Notes under the pieces: generated by a model
The model's input: the letters and a program-made list of their open reading frames with translations, nothing else
What the model was told of the DNA's origin: nothing
The model's database searches: none
Shown here: piece after piece, positions 1-12,685 of the stretch
How positions within the stretch are numbered: the first letter of the stretch is position 1
How the letters are laid out: each line of letters begins with the position of its first letter
Origin: Macrostomum lignano
Lineage: Eukaryota
DNA: 64,000 nucleotides
Direction: 5' to 3'
Assembly (NCBI GenBank): GCA_002269645.1
Contig: NIVC01001089.1
Location: 310,001 to 374,000 of the forward strand
Program-made: the position numbers and the translations under genes

Positions 1-174
1 GTTAGTTAGTTAGTTAGTTAGCCAGTTAGTTAGTGAGTTAGTTAGTTAGTTAGTTGGTTAGTTAGTTAGTTGGTTAGTTATTTAGTTAGTTAGTTGGTTA
101 GTTGGTTAGTTAGTTAGTTAGCTAGTTAGTTAGTTAGTTAGCTAGTTAGTTAGTTATTTAGTTAGTTAGTTAGC

Positions 175-217
<43 letters not shown>

Positions 218-280
218 CTAGTTAGTTAGTTATTTAGTTAGTTAGTTAGCTAGTTAGTTAGTTAGTTAGTTAGTTAGTTG

Positions 281-317
<37 letters not shown>

Positions 318-318
318 C

Positions 319-353
<35 letters not shown>

Positions 354-371
354 CTAGTTAGTTAGTTAGTC

Positions 372-404
<33 letters not shown>

Positions 405-440
405 AGTTAGTTAGTTAGTTAGCTAGTTAGTTAGTTAGTC

Positions 441-473
<33 letters not shown>

Positions 474-488
474 AGTTAGTTAGTTAGC

Positions 489-531
<43 letters not shown>

Positions 532-545
532 CTAGTTAGTTAGTC

Positions 546-576
<31 letters not shown>

Positions 577-597
577 CAAGTTAGTTAGTTAGTTAGC

Positions 598-643
<46 letters not shown>

Positions 644-700
644 TTTATATATTTATTTATTTAGTTAATTAGTTAGTTAAGTTAGTTAGATATTTAGTTA
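1..700. repeat. (TTAG)n microsatellite, degenerating to AT-rich at its right end; truncated by window start
   Basis: Continuous gttagttagt with occasional gcta/gtca/ggtta variants. Confidence 0.97.
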
Positions 701-760
701 GTTCTTATGAAATTCCCTTGAACAGTAAAATTAGATTTATTCACTGCAAACAGCACTCAC

Positions 761-3700
761 ATCTTTCTCCGTCATGTAGCTGCCGCTGTGCAGGGCGATG
801 ACGGCAAACGAGCGGTCCACTGGGAGGTCCCTGGAAAGATTGAATTCAGCGGTAAAATTTAAATCCACTACACATGGGGAGAATTTAGCCTTGTGATTGT
901 ATTGCGACACAGTTTGGTATAACAGTACGTATGCAGCAGGTTAGAATATTACTATGTATCTCGTTAATTACAGTTAATCACACTTCAATACATCGAAACC
1001 CTACAGAAATTTTGGTAAAAAATCGTTTTGAAGGCCGATTTCGACAGAGATCAGCCTTAAACACCTTGTTGAAACTCAAGCAGAATTTTTTTTTAATTTC
1101 TCCATTTAATAAGATCTGCATAATATAGAAGTCAATACTGCATACTATTATATATTGTACTAATTAGTCTGCGATTTTATTTTACAGAAACAGTATAACA
1201 ATAGATTAAGAATGGGCATAAAAACCCCTCAGCCAGTTTTAACCAGTCCAGGCCAGGGTTTAGGAGAACAATAGACTTTAGCAGAGCTTAGAAGTGGAAT
1301 ATACTTGCACTTGCAGCATGTAATGCGGTACTCATGCAAAAAAACAGAGCGCTATGCTTACCAGCGTATAATCTCAAAAACCGTTCTAACAGCCAACTAA
1401 GGAAAAGAGTGCACGTGCACGTGATCTTACTACTAAGTAAATCACAAACTATTCAAACACAAAGTTCGGATTACACCGCTGCATCTTTGCAACTACGAGT
1501 AACTGTAAGCCCGAAGAATCCCATTCTTTTCAGCTTTTACCTTGCTTATCCTAATCTACGGCAGCCCATACGCCTGTCTGTCTGTCAGTCTGTGTGTCTG
1601 TGTGTCCGTATGTCTGTCTGTCTTAGTGTCTGTCTGTGTGTCTGTGTGTCTGTGTGTCCGTATGTTTGTGTGTCTTAGTGTCTGTGTGTCTGTGTGTCCG
1701 TATGTTTGTGTGTCTTAGTGTCTGTGTGTCTGTGTGTCCGTATGTCTGTGTGTCTGTCTGTGTGTCTGTGTGTCTGTGTGTCCGTATGTTTGTGTGTCTT
1801 AGTGTCTGTGTGTCTGTGTGTCCGTATGTCTGTGTGTCTTAGTGTCTGTGTGTCTGTGCGTCCGTATGTCTGTGTGTCTGTCTGTGTGTCTGTGTGTCCG
1901 TATGTCTGTGTGTCTGTCTGTGTGTCTGTGTGTCCGCATGTCTGTGTGTCTGTGTGTCTGTGTGTCCGTATGTCTGTGTGTCTTAGTGTCTGTCTGTGTG
2001 TCCGTTCTGTGTGTCTTAGTGTCTGTGTGTATGTGTGCCTTAGTTTCTTAGTGTCTGTCTGTCTGCCTGTCTGTCTGTCTGTCTGTCAGTCAGTTCTGGT
2101 CATTTATTCATCAGCCAGTTTGTCTGCCTTAGTGCCCGTCTGTCTGCGTCTGTCTCAATAGATTAATGTCTGTCGTTCCGTCCGACTTTCTTCCCATTCT
2201 CCCTACTTGAGTATCCGGCCGTTAAACTGCATCTCAGCAATGGCTGGCTGGGTTAGTTAAAAAAGGATTGCAGCTGAACACATGGCAGCTTGGCTAGTTA
2301 AGCAGTGAGGTACATAACCCCTAGCGCTCTCAATCTCTATCCTGCTCCCTTATTGAGCCCGGCATAGCGCCATCAATCAGCAGAGCTGCAAGTTGCAGCG
2401 GCAGCGATGTCTGCATTGACGGAGGCACGGAGACGGAGGAGCACAGGCGAGGCTTGCTCGCAAATGATGTAAAGAATTTTTTCCTTATTCCTTCTCTCTT
2501 TCTTCGTCTCTTTCTCGTCTGGCTCCCTGGTGACCAAGCAGTACAGGCACTACCAGCTTTCTTACTGCTTCAGGTGAGCCGCGAGAAAGAAAGAGTGTTC
2601 AACTACAATCTCAACCCCTCCCCCCGCCTTCGAAGCCACCCACTCAGCTCCGATGCTCTGTTTGAGCTCAGTAATTGAGTTTGTTAACGACCAGTTCTGA
2701 TGATTCTGATAGAGTGGCTGAGTGAGCCAGTGGCGGCCCTCACAGTTAAATAAGATCGATGCATCAATGCTGACAATAAAGACGGGGATCGCGGTATCGC
2801 GGAGACCGTGATTTGGCCGAGGCTTCAAAAAGAAGAAAATGTCAGAAGCGCGCAAGTAAATGAAGGTTGAAGCATTAAACCCGGTGTATTTCGCTGGGGA
2901 ATTAAGCGAGAAGTCGAGGCAGAGTCGAAATTAGGATCGAAGCTTGCGCCAAAAAGACAAGACAAGAATTCCAGATTGGCTGTCTTAACAGCTTAGAAGC
3001 GAGAACGAAATCAAATCCGTTCAATCGATGAAACAAATCTGCCCAGCTCAGGGGGGGGGCTTCAGGCCTCAAAGGAACACTCAAAGGGCACCAAGCTTTG
3101 CAGCGAATTCCCCAGAGAGTAGGGAGATGGCCTTACAAAACCACAATAACTTCATTCGAGTTGCAGTCAAGGTCCTGATAAGAACGAGACGCTTTTATGG
3201 CGATAGTTTAATCGCGCTCCAGTGTCAGATTGAGCTTACTTACCAGAATCGAAATGTTTTCAATCAAGGTAACAATGCGCGAAATTTCCCAGAGTCTCAA
3301 GACACTTTAGTATACAAACTGATTTTACTAAGTGAAAATTTCCTAAACTAGGCTTACGAGGGAATTGCTGAGATGTCAAGGCTCACGGGAGGAATTGCTG
3401 AAATGTCAAAGCTCACCGGAGGAATTGCTGAGATGTCAAGGCTTACGAGGGAGTTGCTGAGATATCAAGGCTCACAGGAGGAATTGCTGAAATGTCAAAG
3501 CTCACGGGGAATTGCTGAAATGTCAAAGCTCACAGGAGGAATTGCTGAAATGTCAAAGCTCACGGGGAATTGCTGAAATGTCAAAGCTCACGGGGAATTT
3601 CTGAAATGTCAAAGCTCACGGGGAATTGCTGAAATGTCAAAGCTCACGGGGAATTGCTGAAATGTCAAAGCTCACGGGGAATTGCTGAAATGTCAAAGCT

Positions 3701-4250
3701 CACGGGGAATTGCTGAAATGTCAAAGCTCACGGGGAATTGCTGAAATGTCAAAGCTCACGGGGAATTGCTGAAATGTCAAAGCTCACGGGGAATTGCTGT
3801 AATGTCAAAGCTCACGGGGAATTGCTGAAATGTCAAAGCTCACGGGGAATTGCTGAAATGTCAAAGCTCACGGGGAATTGCTGAGATTTCAAAGCTCACG
3901 GGGAATTGCTGAAATGTCAAAGCTCACGGGGGAATTGCTGAGATTTCAAAGCTCACGGGGATTGCTGAGATGTCAAGGCTAATGAGGGGGAATTGCTGAG
4001 ATTTCAAAGCTCACGGGAGGGATTGCTGAGATGTTAGGGCTGAAGTCAGAAGCTACATGTAGTTTACTCAAAAATTTGTATTCCATTGTTTGTAGGCTCC
4101 CCATCGGGGGGGGGGGCGCTAATTGCTATAGTTTCTACTAAAGCCTGACTAAAAAAAGCACGAGTAGCAATTTTCAACTTACCGACACTTGACTCCGATG
4201 ACCACTTTGGCGCACTCTCGTTCAGTTGGAGACTTCTGTTGCTCGTCCAT
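761..4250 (-). CDS. 5' part of an unidentified spliced gene, possibly starting with a C2-like domain (copine/INPP4 type); continues past window start
   Basis: Candidate exon 4250-4183 ([26 protein letters not shown], donor GTAAGT, phase 2) and exon 830-761 (acceptor ctttcc[25 protein letters not shown], donor GTGAGT) join in frame. The joined [16 protein letters not shown] resembles the first strands of a C2 domain. Intervening exons are not excluded. Confidence 0.35.
1575..2155. repeat. Compound (TGTGTC/TGTC) micro/minisatellite
   Basis: Repeated tgtgtctg and tgtgtccgtatg units. Confidence 0.92.
3355..4035. repeat. 28-bp minisatellite GGGGAATTGCTGAAATGTCAAAGCTCAC
   Basis: Homogeneous core with diverged edge units. 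Confidence 0.95.
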
Positions 4251-4984
4251 CGTCCTGGCTGCTGCTGCTGCTGCTGCTGTTGTTGCTGATAATGGCGTCT
4301 TTCTGTAAAGGCTGCTGCCGCGCGGCACTTTAATATCAATTAAAGACAAATTCGGTGACTGAGACGCCGAACGGGCTGAACGCTGGGAACGGCGCATTCT
4401 TTGATAGAACAAAGAGACAGTCGCCTAACTTAGATAGTAAGTGCCTAAAACTACAAAACAACTTGTTTCAAGAGAAAAAACTAAAGCCTAATTCACTACC
4501 TATCAATTTCTTGAATCAATCTGCTATTATTTTATACAAGAATTAAAAACAACTTAAACTAAAACTAGTTGGAATGAAATGAAAAAAAAAGAATTGGAAC
4601 ACCAAACTAGCTCGTCGCTGGCCAGTTAGTAGCACAAGTGCATAGCAGCAAGTCTGTTCTGTTGACGGTTTTAAAAAAGCACGAAAAAATGAGAGAGTAG
4701 GGGAAGCTGAGAAACTAGAAGCTTCAGGGGGATCTGATCCCGCTAACAACAGGCCCTCCAGTCGCTGACGCAGGCCTGGCGGAAGGGCAAGGGAGCAGGC
4801 CGCTAAACCAGAAATATATTTATCCGCCCCACCTCATCTCCCATCTACCGGCTCAAATGACTTGCGATGCAGGGGAGAAGTTTTAGGATCGGAGGAGGGG
4901 ACTTCTTGGGATTTTGGGGAGGGGGATTCTAGGCTTGCTTGGATGAGAGAGAGGAAAGAGGCCGCCCGAAAGAACTAGCACTGT

Positions 4985-5012
4985 GATTGGGCTTGACGTC
5001 TAATCCAATGGT
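4985..5012. promoter_or_regulatory. Inverted CCAAT boxes flanking a CRE-like TGACGTC; candidate promoter module
   Basis: tgATTGGgcttGACGTCtaatCCAATgg, about 740 bp upstream of the candidate ATG at 4250; motif match only. Confidence 0.2.
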
Positions 5013-6256
5013 TTATAAGCCTGATTTTGGTATCATGGCTCACTCTCACTTGCCGGCTGTGCATTTCCTGTCTCTCTGGATACCCAGACCAGAGAGCAGT
5101 AGTTGCCTGCTGGTCGGCCGTCGCAATATCCCATTTATCAACTAGACTTATCCCGTTCTCAGTTCTAGCTGCCTGTCATTCCTCTTACAGTCTTCACTGT
5201 TCACAGGTCGCCCGCATGTCTTTGAACAATTGCATTGATGCGGCGCCGTTCCGCAGCTCAAAAATCATATATAGCACACAGCAATCATTCTATCCCGCTT
5301 CCACCGGCCCTACCTAATGGCTGCCTCTACAGCTGATCCAGACCAACCGTGCTCCATTAAAATGATAATGCTATATGTGGCATCACAATCTTTTTTACTG
5401 AGGTAGCTTCGTATTAGAAGACGTGGCCAAGACGGATAAGTACAATTCAAGATGACGAGCAGAGAAGGACGTGACAAGCGGGAACTGCACGGGCCATCCA
5501 TACACATCCGTCCCGTATTTTCAATATTAATTATTTAAAGTTAAGAGCGTGGAATGGAATGGCATTTGACATAAACAGCCTGAGCCCACGTTGGACAAAC
5601 CGAAAGAGACGAGAACGAAGACACTGCAGTCCTGATCTTTCAAGCAATCCGTCAAGCTTTCTCTAAACTTGACTTGCCCCAGCTCTGCTAGTTCTATTGA
5701 CTTTCACTTTCAAAGCAAGGAGGGCAGGAATGAGGCGGACTGCACTGGCCCCTGCTGTTTGCGGATGACTCGAATTAGACAACGGAGGCACAAGCTGGAG
5801 ACATGGCTTATCCAGGGCAGACAAAACTTCGTTTCAAAAGCAAATTGGGCCAAGGTTTTCTGCACAAAAATGGCAAATATGGAGAAAGCAAAACTTTCGA
5901 TGCAAACGAAAAATCTAAAATAACAGAATGAAAATGCCCAAGATAAAGTAGATACCTCATAAACTATCGTTAAGAGCAAAAAAATTCCCTACAAGCTAGA
6001 TTTTCTAGTCTGTGCCCTTTCTGCGTTTCTAGACCAATACTTCGGACAAAAATTGCGAGCAGGCGAACAAATTCTAAATACGAAGCCTAGAATCAAGCCT
6101 AGAAATAAAGTTTAAAGATTATGTTAGATATATGAAAAAACGAATAACGTGAACCACATAAGTAGCCTACTTTCAGTAGAAATACGAAAGTTTGTTAAGG
6201 TTTTTTTAAATGCATAAGCTAGCATGTTGTGGAGTATATTGACGCCTGTTGGCTTG

Positions 6257-6757
6257 TCACTGCTGCCACTGCTGGCGTCGACGTCGACCGCCAGACGGCT
6301 TCTCGCGCAGCCGCGGCACAAATGTCAGCTGGCACCTGTTTGACAGGCCGCAGTCGCTCAAAGTGGCTCGATCGTCTAGCAGTTTTTTACTGCCCAGGGC
6401 AAGAGCGAATCGGCGCCATACCTGGCGCCAGCTTACTGACCGGTAGGGACCGCCGAGGCGGCGAATTAGGTGTTTGCTTTCTAAAGCGACCACATGCTTC
6501 AACTCGGCAATGGTGGCCTCGGGCTCGACAAAACAGTCGAGGCTATGCAAGTCGCCTCGACTGACGCGAATTAGCCAGCAGCGGCCGAGCTGCCTCTGCA
6601 GCAATCGGTCAGATTTGAAGGCGGCGTAGCGCCAGGACTCTGTGCCGATGGCGAAGTTCTCTATGCCCGTTAGTTGACTGGCAGATCGCTGAGACGAACG
6701 GCCGACAACTGAAGAAATCGGAGTGGGAAAATACAATGATTTAAGATGACGAGGCAT
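6257..6757 (-). CDS. SNRNP25: U11/U12 snRNP 25 kDa protein (ubiquitin-like fold); true 5' end uncertain
   Basis: ATIAELK...GG...VSWRQVWRRFAL...KLLDDRATLSDCGLSNRCQLTFVPRLREK matches the SNRNP25 pattern ATVLDLK...GG..HISWSYVWRTYHL...KLTEDRKKLRDYGIRNRDEVSFIKKLRQK. Confidence 0.85.
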   Translation of the reverse strand: MPRHLKSLYFPTPISSVVGRSSQRSASQLTGIENFAIGTESWRYAAFKSDRLLQRQLGRCWLIRVSRGDLHSLDCFVEPEATIAELKHVVALESKHLIRRLGGPYRSVSWRQVWRRFALALGSKKLLDDRATLSDCGLSNRCQLTFVPRLREKPSGGRRRRQQWQQ

Positions 6758-7402
6758 TTGGCCGTCACAATTTAGGATGAAACTTGAATAATCACTGAGG
6801 AATATTAGGACGTCGATCTCGCTATTTTAAAGGAAAACAGATCCCTATCAACATGAAAAACGTCTCATTACTAATGCACTGAAAGTAGCTAACTATAATC
6901 TCGCCGAAATGCACTTGACAAACATTTTTTCTTAACTAAGAACATACTATCTACGAGTGTAACTTCGTACGATATATGAGGTGTGTAGCTTTTATTTGTA
7001 ATTTTTTAAAAACTTTAGTAGTTCTAGAATATTTTTTCGCGTCTGAGTCAAGGTTCCCTAGAAGTTTTAGGCATACATTCGAAATCTGGGCTTAAAGAAG
7101 CAATTTAGCAATGTCTTTTAATACGCATGTATATTGCATATTACGTAACAGTATGAATACCAAGACATTTTTCGCTCGTCGAGTTACCCAGGTGTGGGGA
7201 ATTCCTCCGACAATGTTTTGCTGCTCCGAAACAGAACAACGCAGGCAGAAACCAGCAACACCAGCTCCACTGGAACGGTTGCACCGACTACAGGCAGACC
7301 CGCTCTGCAATGCCTAGCCTGAACAGGGAAGTCTCTGAATATTTGACCTCACTTAACTCACTTAACAGAATCGACTCAGGGAGATGTGCATGGTTTTAAT
7401 AG

Positions 7403-7765
7403 ATGGATTCTTCCAAAGACATATCTCGTTGCAAACGTTGCGCCCCCACTTTTCTTTTTTGTGGCATAGGAGAGGAGACCGCGGAGAATCACGTCACGTT
7501 CTGCCCTTACTTTAATAAGGTGCGGCACAAGCACCTCGGCCACTTCCAGCGGATGGACAAGCTGAGCACCCCGGACAACATCTGTAACCTTCGTGCCTTC
7601 GTCCGAGATACTGGCCGGATGAGGGTTTCCGATGCCTCTTCTGCGAACCTGCCGACTACTGGCGGGGCTGGACGCATCCCCAAGGTTAAGCTTTGGTTTA
7701 CTTTACCTTGGGGTTGCGATAGGTTCCTCGCAACCTGATCGCGGCGTGGCGCCCCCAAGTAAGTA
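7403..7765 (+). mobile_element. 3' fragment of a non-LTR retrotransposon (C-terminal CCHC zinc-knuckle region and short AAGT tail)
   Basis: [26 protein letters not shown]...[11 protein letters not shown] fits the C-terminal motif of I/Loa/R1-type LINE ORF2; region ends in ccccaagtaagtaa. Confidence 0.5.
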
Positions 7766-10604
7766 ACGCAGGCAGAAACTTGAGAAATTCGCAACAGGGT
7801 GTCCATAGACACTTCCTGTCACATGCTGAAGGTCCAGAAGCTCCGCCTGGGTAAAGGCCAGTGACTAACGAAGTCAGAGCTGATGGGGTTTATCAAAAAC
7901 ACTCGCGCTTATGAAAAAAATCCGACCTTCTGGCAGAATTTTTTAATATCTCGACGGTCCGGAGGGGTGGCGAATTGTTTCTTGTTTGAGAGAGTGCGTA
8001 AAAAATTGTTTCGGCGCAGAAAAACTTGTCACGGGGGAACTCTTCTTCGGTTCTACTGCTAAATTATTATTTAGTTCTTTACAAAAGCGTACGATACTAC
8101 TCGAAGAAAATTAATGAGATTAGTAAGTTTTTCACACAGATTAAGCTTCAGTTAATCTGCTAACGGAGCAGTAAGAATTTTTCAGGCAACAATAACATTA
8201 ACAAGCAGAAACTCACAATAAGCACACCTGCTAGGGTTTTAAGCGCGTTATTACACCTGCTCTACACAACAGCGATACCAATGGAAATTCATGCCTCTTC
8301 AATACAGCTACGCATTATTGCTAACACAATACACACAATATGCTATAGAAAGTAGTGCGCAGCAAGCAAACACTTCGAATGCCACCAAGGAACAAAATTG
8401 ACTTATTTTCTCTCACACTCCCTCAGATCGCTCTTTAGCTGAGTCTAGCGCCTGAATAAACACAAGAAGAAAAGTGCCTTTCCATATTATTCCCCTTCTC
8501 CGAACAGCCTGTTTACATTTTATGCCTGGAGCCAAACAGAATTCTTCCTTCCTGCCTGCACTAAACCAATGAGAACGCTTTTTTAACTTCTAATGCTAGG
8601 CCATATGAGAAGCACAAATACATTCGAGTCGCCCACTGCGTTTTTATATCACTTATCCGTGCTGAGGTTGTTAGCTTAGCTGCTGGTAAGCAGTGTATTT
8701 TTATTTTATCCAGTCAGCACACACGCAAGGGACTGGAGACGCCACGGAAGAAGTCGAGAAATGAAACCAGCAATTTTTATGCATTTCAAAAACCGAAAAG
8801 TCACGTCACGCGCGCAGCTTCACGAGCAGCTCACTCTAAGCAATTTTATATGCGAGCTTGTAATTTAGACAGAGAACATTTTCTGCGCCTTGCTCGTGTT
8901 TGAATAGCGGAAAATCGTTTTAGCAGATGCACTAATTGATTCAGAGAGCCTTCCCGATTGGATTCATGTCAATAGAGACGAACAAGCTAACGAATCGTCA
9001 AAATCTAGTGAGTAAAGAGGTTGTGCTCGCACTGATATTTGATTCAGAGGCTAACCTCCAACTAATCCTCCTTGAAAATGCCCTTACTTAAAGGGTTTTA
9101 TCGGCAAAGACAGACAGAAGATGCTGTACAGCATCTCAATCTTCTTCGTGCATCTCAGGTCTTTTACCTTCTATTTATCACCCGATTCTCTTTATCTCAA
9201 ATACACTTTGCCTTCTAATCGCTATCTGGATAATCTTCTCTACTAACCTTTGTACGCCTAATCTATTTCTAATCATTTTCACCTATAAAACGAATTACCG
9301 TTGAACTTCAACAAAAGTGCGATTCACTTTAAACAACGTCAACATTTGATTTGTTATAAGAAACTGCATTAAACAAAACGCCAATTATTGACATTCGAGA
9401 GAAAATTTTTGAGTTAAAAGTGTACACTGGACTGGAGAATTTCACGTTACCAAACATTGCCTAAATTGATAACGGGATTTTTTCCCAGTTCGCCCAGACG
9501 GTATTTAATCAAGCACAAGATATGATCTAAACAACAGATTCTATATACACCTAGACGGGTAATAACTCCAGCCGAAGTGCGAAAACCTGGGTTTTGACCA
9601 TAGACTGTAGCTTAGCAGCAGCAGCCAGTGTCTATGGCCCTAACCCGGGGTTCTTCGGAATCTTGGAGACGGCCGCTAAATACATTAGCGAATGCTGGAG
9701 TGACTCATGAAGTTGCGCTAGCTGTTTGAATTGCTTTGGCAAGATTTTGTCATCAAAATCGCCAACACTCACATGTATGCAACATCGACTAGCAGCTAAA
9801 AGCCAAATATTCTTCTTGAATATAAAACTACTTCCTGAAAAATTTTAGTGTAAGAATTTTAAAAATTCTTCAAAAGACTCTAATCACTGTTTTACTGACA
9901 GAAAATTCCAATTATTTATCTATTTTGAGAAACTAAATTATCCCATCTTTCACCTTCAAGGTAGACAGACGGTCTCTTACTCTACGGACGCGATCAAATC
10001 GATCTCAATTATTTGAAATCCTGTATAGTTTAATAGACAGCAGCTAGCAGAAATGCTCACAAACTGCATTTGTATGCACAGCAAAGCTAAGCGCGGATGT
10101 TGCTCAGAACAGACAGACCAGCCGCGTACCAATATGCAAATGGACTAATAATATTATTGCTCAGTCAGGCTTAGGCTGGCAGGAAAGCACCGCCAGCCTC
10201 CTGAAACTGCAGAAAGCGAAATCGTGTCTCCATTGACGGCAACAGCGTGGCGGCTTCTCAGGGGCCACGAGAAATCATAAATTTTATTTATTTTAGCCTG
10301 ATGCGCGCGAATCGGCTGGGATAAAAACTGCTACACTGTGAACCGGGCTCCCATTTGGGCTGGCTTTAGTGTTGAAATAAATAACATCTGACTGCGATCC
10401 CTATGTGAGGAAGATACGGCATTATACCAGCGCATATAATTGTTCAATACCGCTTTTATAGCACTAACCAATGCGTAGCGACTGTGGCGCCAGGAAACTG
10501 CTTGCAAACATAATTCGCTCCTGCTGCTAAGCACAACCCATGCTAATTTTAACGCAATCGAACAAGCCCTCCACTTTTTCCCATTCTTCCCTGTACCTTT
10601 CCCT

Positions 10605-12685
10605 TTCTCAATCTGCCGCTCCTGCTGTCAGTTCCTCAATCTGCCGCTCCTGCTGCTGTCAGTTCCTCAATCTGCCACTCCTGCTGCTGTCAGTTTCAAT
10701 CTGCCACTCCTGCTGCTGTCAGTTTCAATCTGCCACTCCTGCTGATGTCAGTTCCTCAATCTGCCACTCCTGCTGCTGTCAGTTCCTCAATCTGCCGCTC
10801 CTGCTGCTGTCAGTTCCTCAATCTGCCGCTCCTGCTGCTGTCAGTTCCTCAATCTGCCACTCCTGCTGTCAGTTCCTCAATCTGCCGCTCCTGCTGCTGT
10901 CAGTTCCTCAATCTGCCACTCCTGCTGTCAGTTCCTCAATCTGCCACTCCTGCTGTCAGTTCCTCAATCTGCCACTCCTGCTGTCAGTTCCTCAATCTGC
11001 CGCTCCTGCTGCTGTCAGTTCCTCAATCTGCCACTCCTGCTGTCAGTTCCTCAATCTGCCACTCCTGCTGTCAGTTCCTCAATCTGCCACTCCTGCTGTC
11101 AGTTCCTCAATCTGCCACTCCTGCTGTCAGTTCCTCAATCTGCCACTCCTGCTGTCAGTTCCTCAATCTGCCACTCCTGCTGTCAGTTCCTCAATCTGCC
11201 GCTCCTGCTGCTGTCAGTTCCTCAATCTGCCACTCCTGCTGTCAGTTCCTCAATCTGCCACTCCTGCTGCTGTCAGTTCCTCAATCTGCCGCTCCTGCTT
11301 GTCAGTTCCTCAATCTGCCACTCCTGCTGTCAGTTCCTCAATCTGCCACTCCTGCTGCTGTCAGTTCCTCAATCTGCCACTCCTGCTGTCAGTTCCTCAA
11401 TCTGCCGCTCCTGCTGTCAGTTTCTCAATCTGCCGCTCCTGCTGCTGTCAGTTCCTCAATCTGCCACTCCTGCTGTCAGTTCCTCAATCTGCCTCCTGCT
11501 GCTGTCAGTTCCTCAATCTGCCGCTCCTGCTGCTGTCAGTTCCTCAATCTGCCACTCCTGCTTCTGTCAGTTCCTCAATCTGCCACTCCTGCTGTCAGTT
11601 CCTCAATCTGCCACTCCTGCTGTCAGTTCCTCAATCTGCCGCTCCTGCTGCTGTCAGTTCCTCAATCTGCCACTCCTGCTGTCAGTTCCTCAATCTGCCA
11701 CTCCTGCTGCTGTCAGTTCCTCAATCTGCCACTCCTGCTGTCAGTTCCTCAATCTGCCACTCCTGCTGCTGTCAGTCCCTCAATCTGCCGCTCCTGCTGT
11801 CAGTTCCTCAATCTGCCACTCCTGCTGCTGTCAGTTCCTCAAACTGCCACTCCTGCTGTCAGTTCCTCAATCTGCCACTCCTGCTGCTGTCAGTCCCTCA
11901 ATCTGCCGCTCCTGCTGTCAGTTCCTCAATCTGCCACTCCTGCTGCTGTCAGTTCCTCAAACTGCCACTCCTGCTGTCAGTTCCTCAATCTGCCACTCCT
12001 GCTGCTGTCAGTTCCTCAATCTGCCACTCCTGCTGTCAGTTCCTCAATCTGCCACTCCTGCTGCTGTCAGTTCCTCAATCTGCCACTCCTGCTGTCAGTT
12101 CCTCAATCTGCCACTCCTGCTGCTGTCAGTCCCTCAATCTGCCGCTCCTGCTGCTGTCAGTCCCTCAATCTGCCGCTCCTGCTGTCAGTTCCTCAATCTG
12201 CCACTCCTGCTGCTGTCAGTTCCTCAAACTGCCACTCCTGCTGTCAGTTCCTCAATCTGCCACTCCTGCTGCTGTCAGTTCCTCAATCTGCCACTCCTGC
12301 TGTCAGTTCCTCAATCTGCCACTCCTGCTGCTGTCAGTCCCTCAATCTGCCGCTCCTGCTGCTGTCAGTTCCTCAATCTGCCGCTCCTGCTGCTGTCAGT
12401 TCCTCAATCTGCCACTCCTGCTGTCAGTTTCTCAATCTGCCGCTCCTGCTTCTGTCAGTTACTCAATCTGCCACTCCTGCTGTCAGTTCCTCAATCTGCC
12501 ACTCCTGCTGCTGTCAGTCCCTCAATCTGCCGCTCCTGCTGCTGTCAGTTCCTCAATCTGCCGCTCCTGCTGCTGTCAGTTCCTCAATCTGCCACTCCTG
12601 CTGTCAGTTTCTCAATCTGCCGCTCCTGCTTCTGTCAGTTACTCAATCTGCCACTCCTGCTGCTGTCAGTTCCTTAAACTGCCAC
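10605..12685. repeat. About 2.1-kb minisatellite of 28/31-bp units GTCAGTTCCTCAATCTGCC(A/G)CTCCTGCT(GCT)
   Basis: Two unit lengths differing by one GCT; source of the spurious 729- and 720-aa ORFs. Confidence 0.97.

Noticed and set aside
1-700. Telomeric repeat
   Set aside because: Unit is TTAG, not TTAGGG/TTAGG; a reverse copy lies internally at 15665-16216
2562-2855. 97-aa minus-strand ORF as an internal exon of the 761-4250 gene
   Set aside because: Has an acceptor-like site but its open frame is out of phase with the 4183 donor; left unassigned
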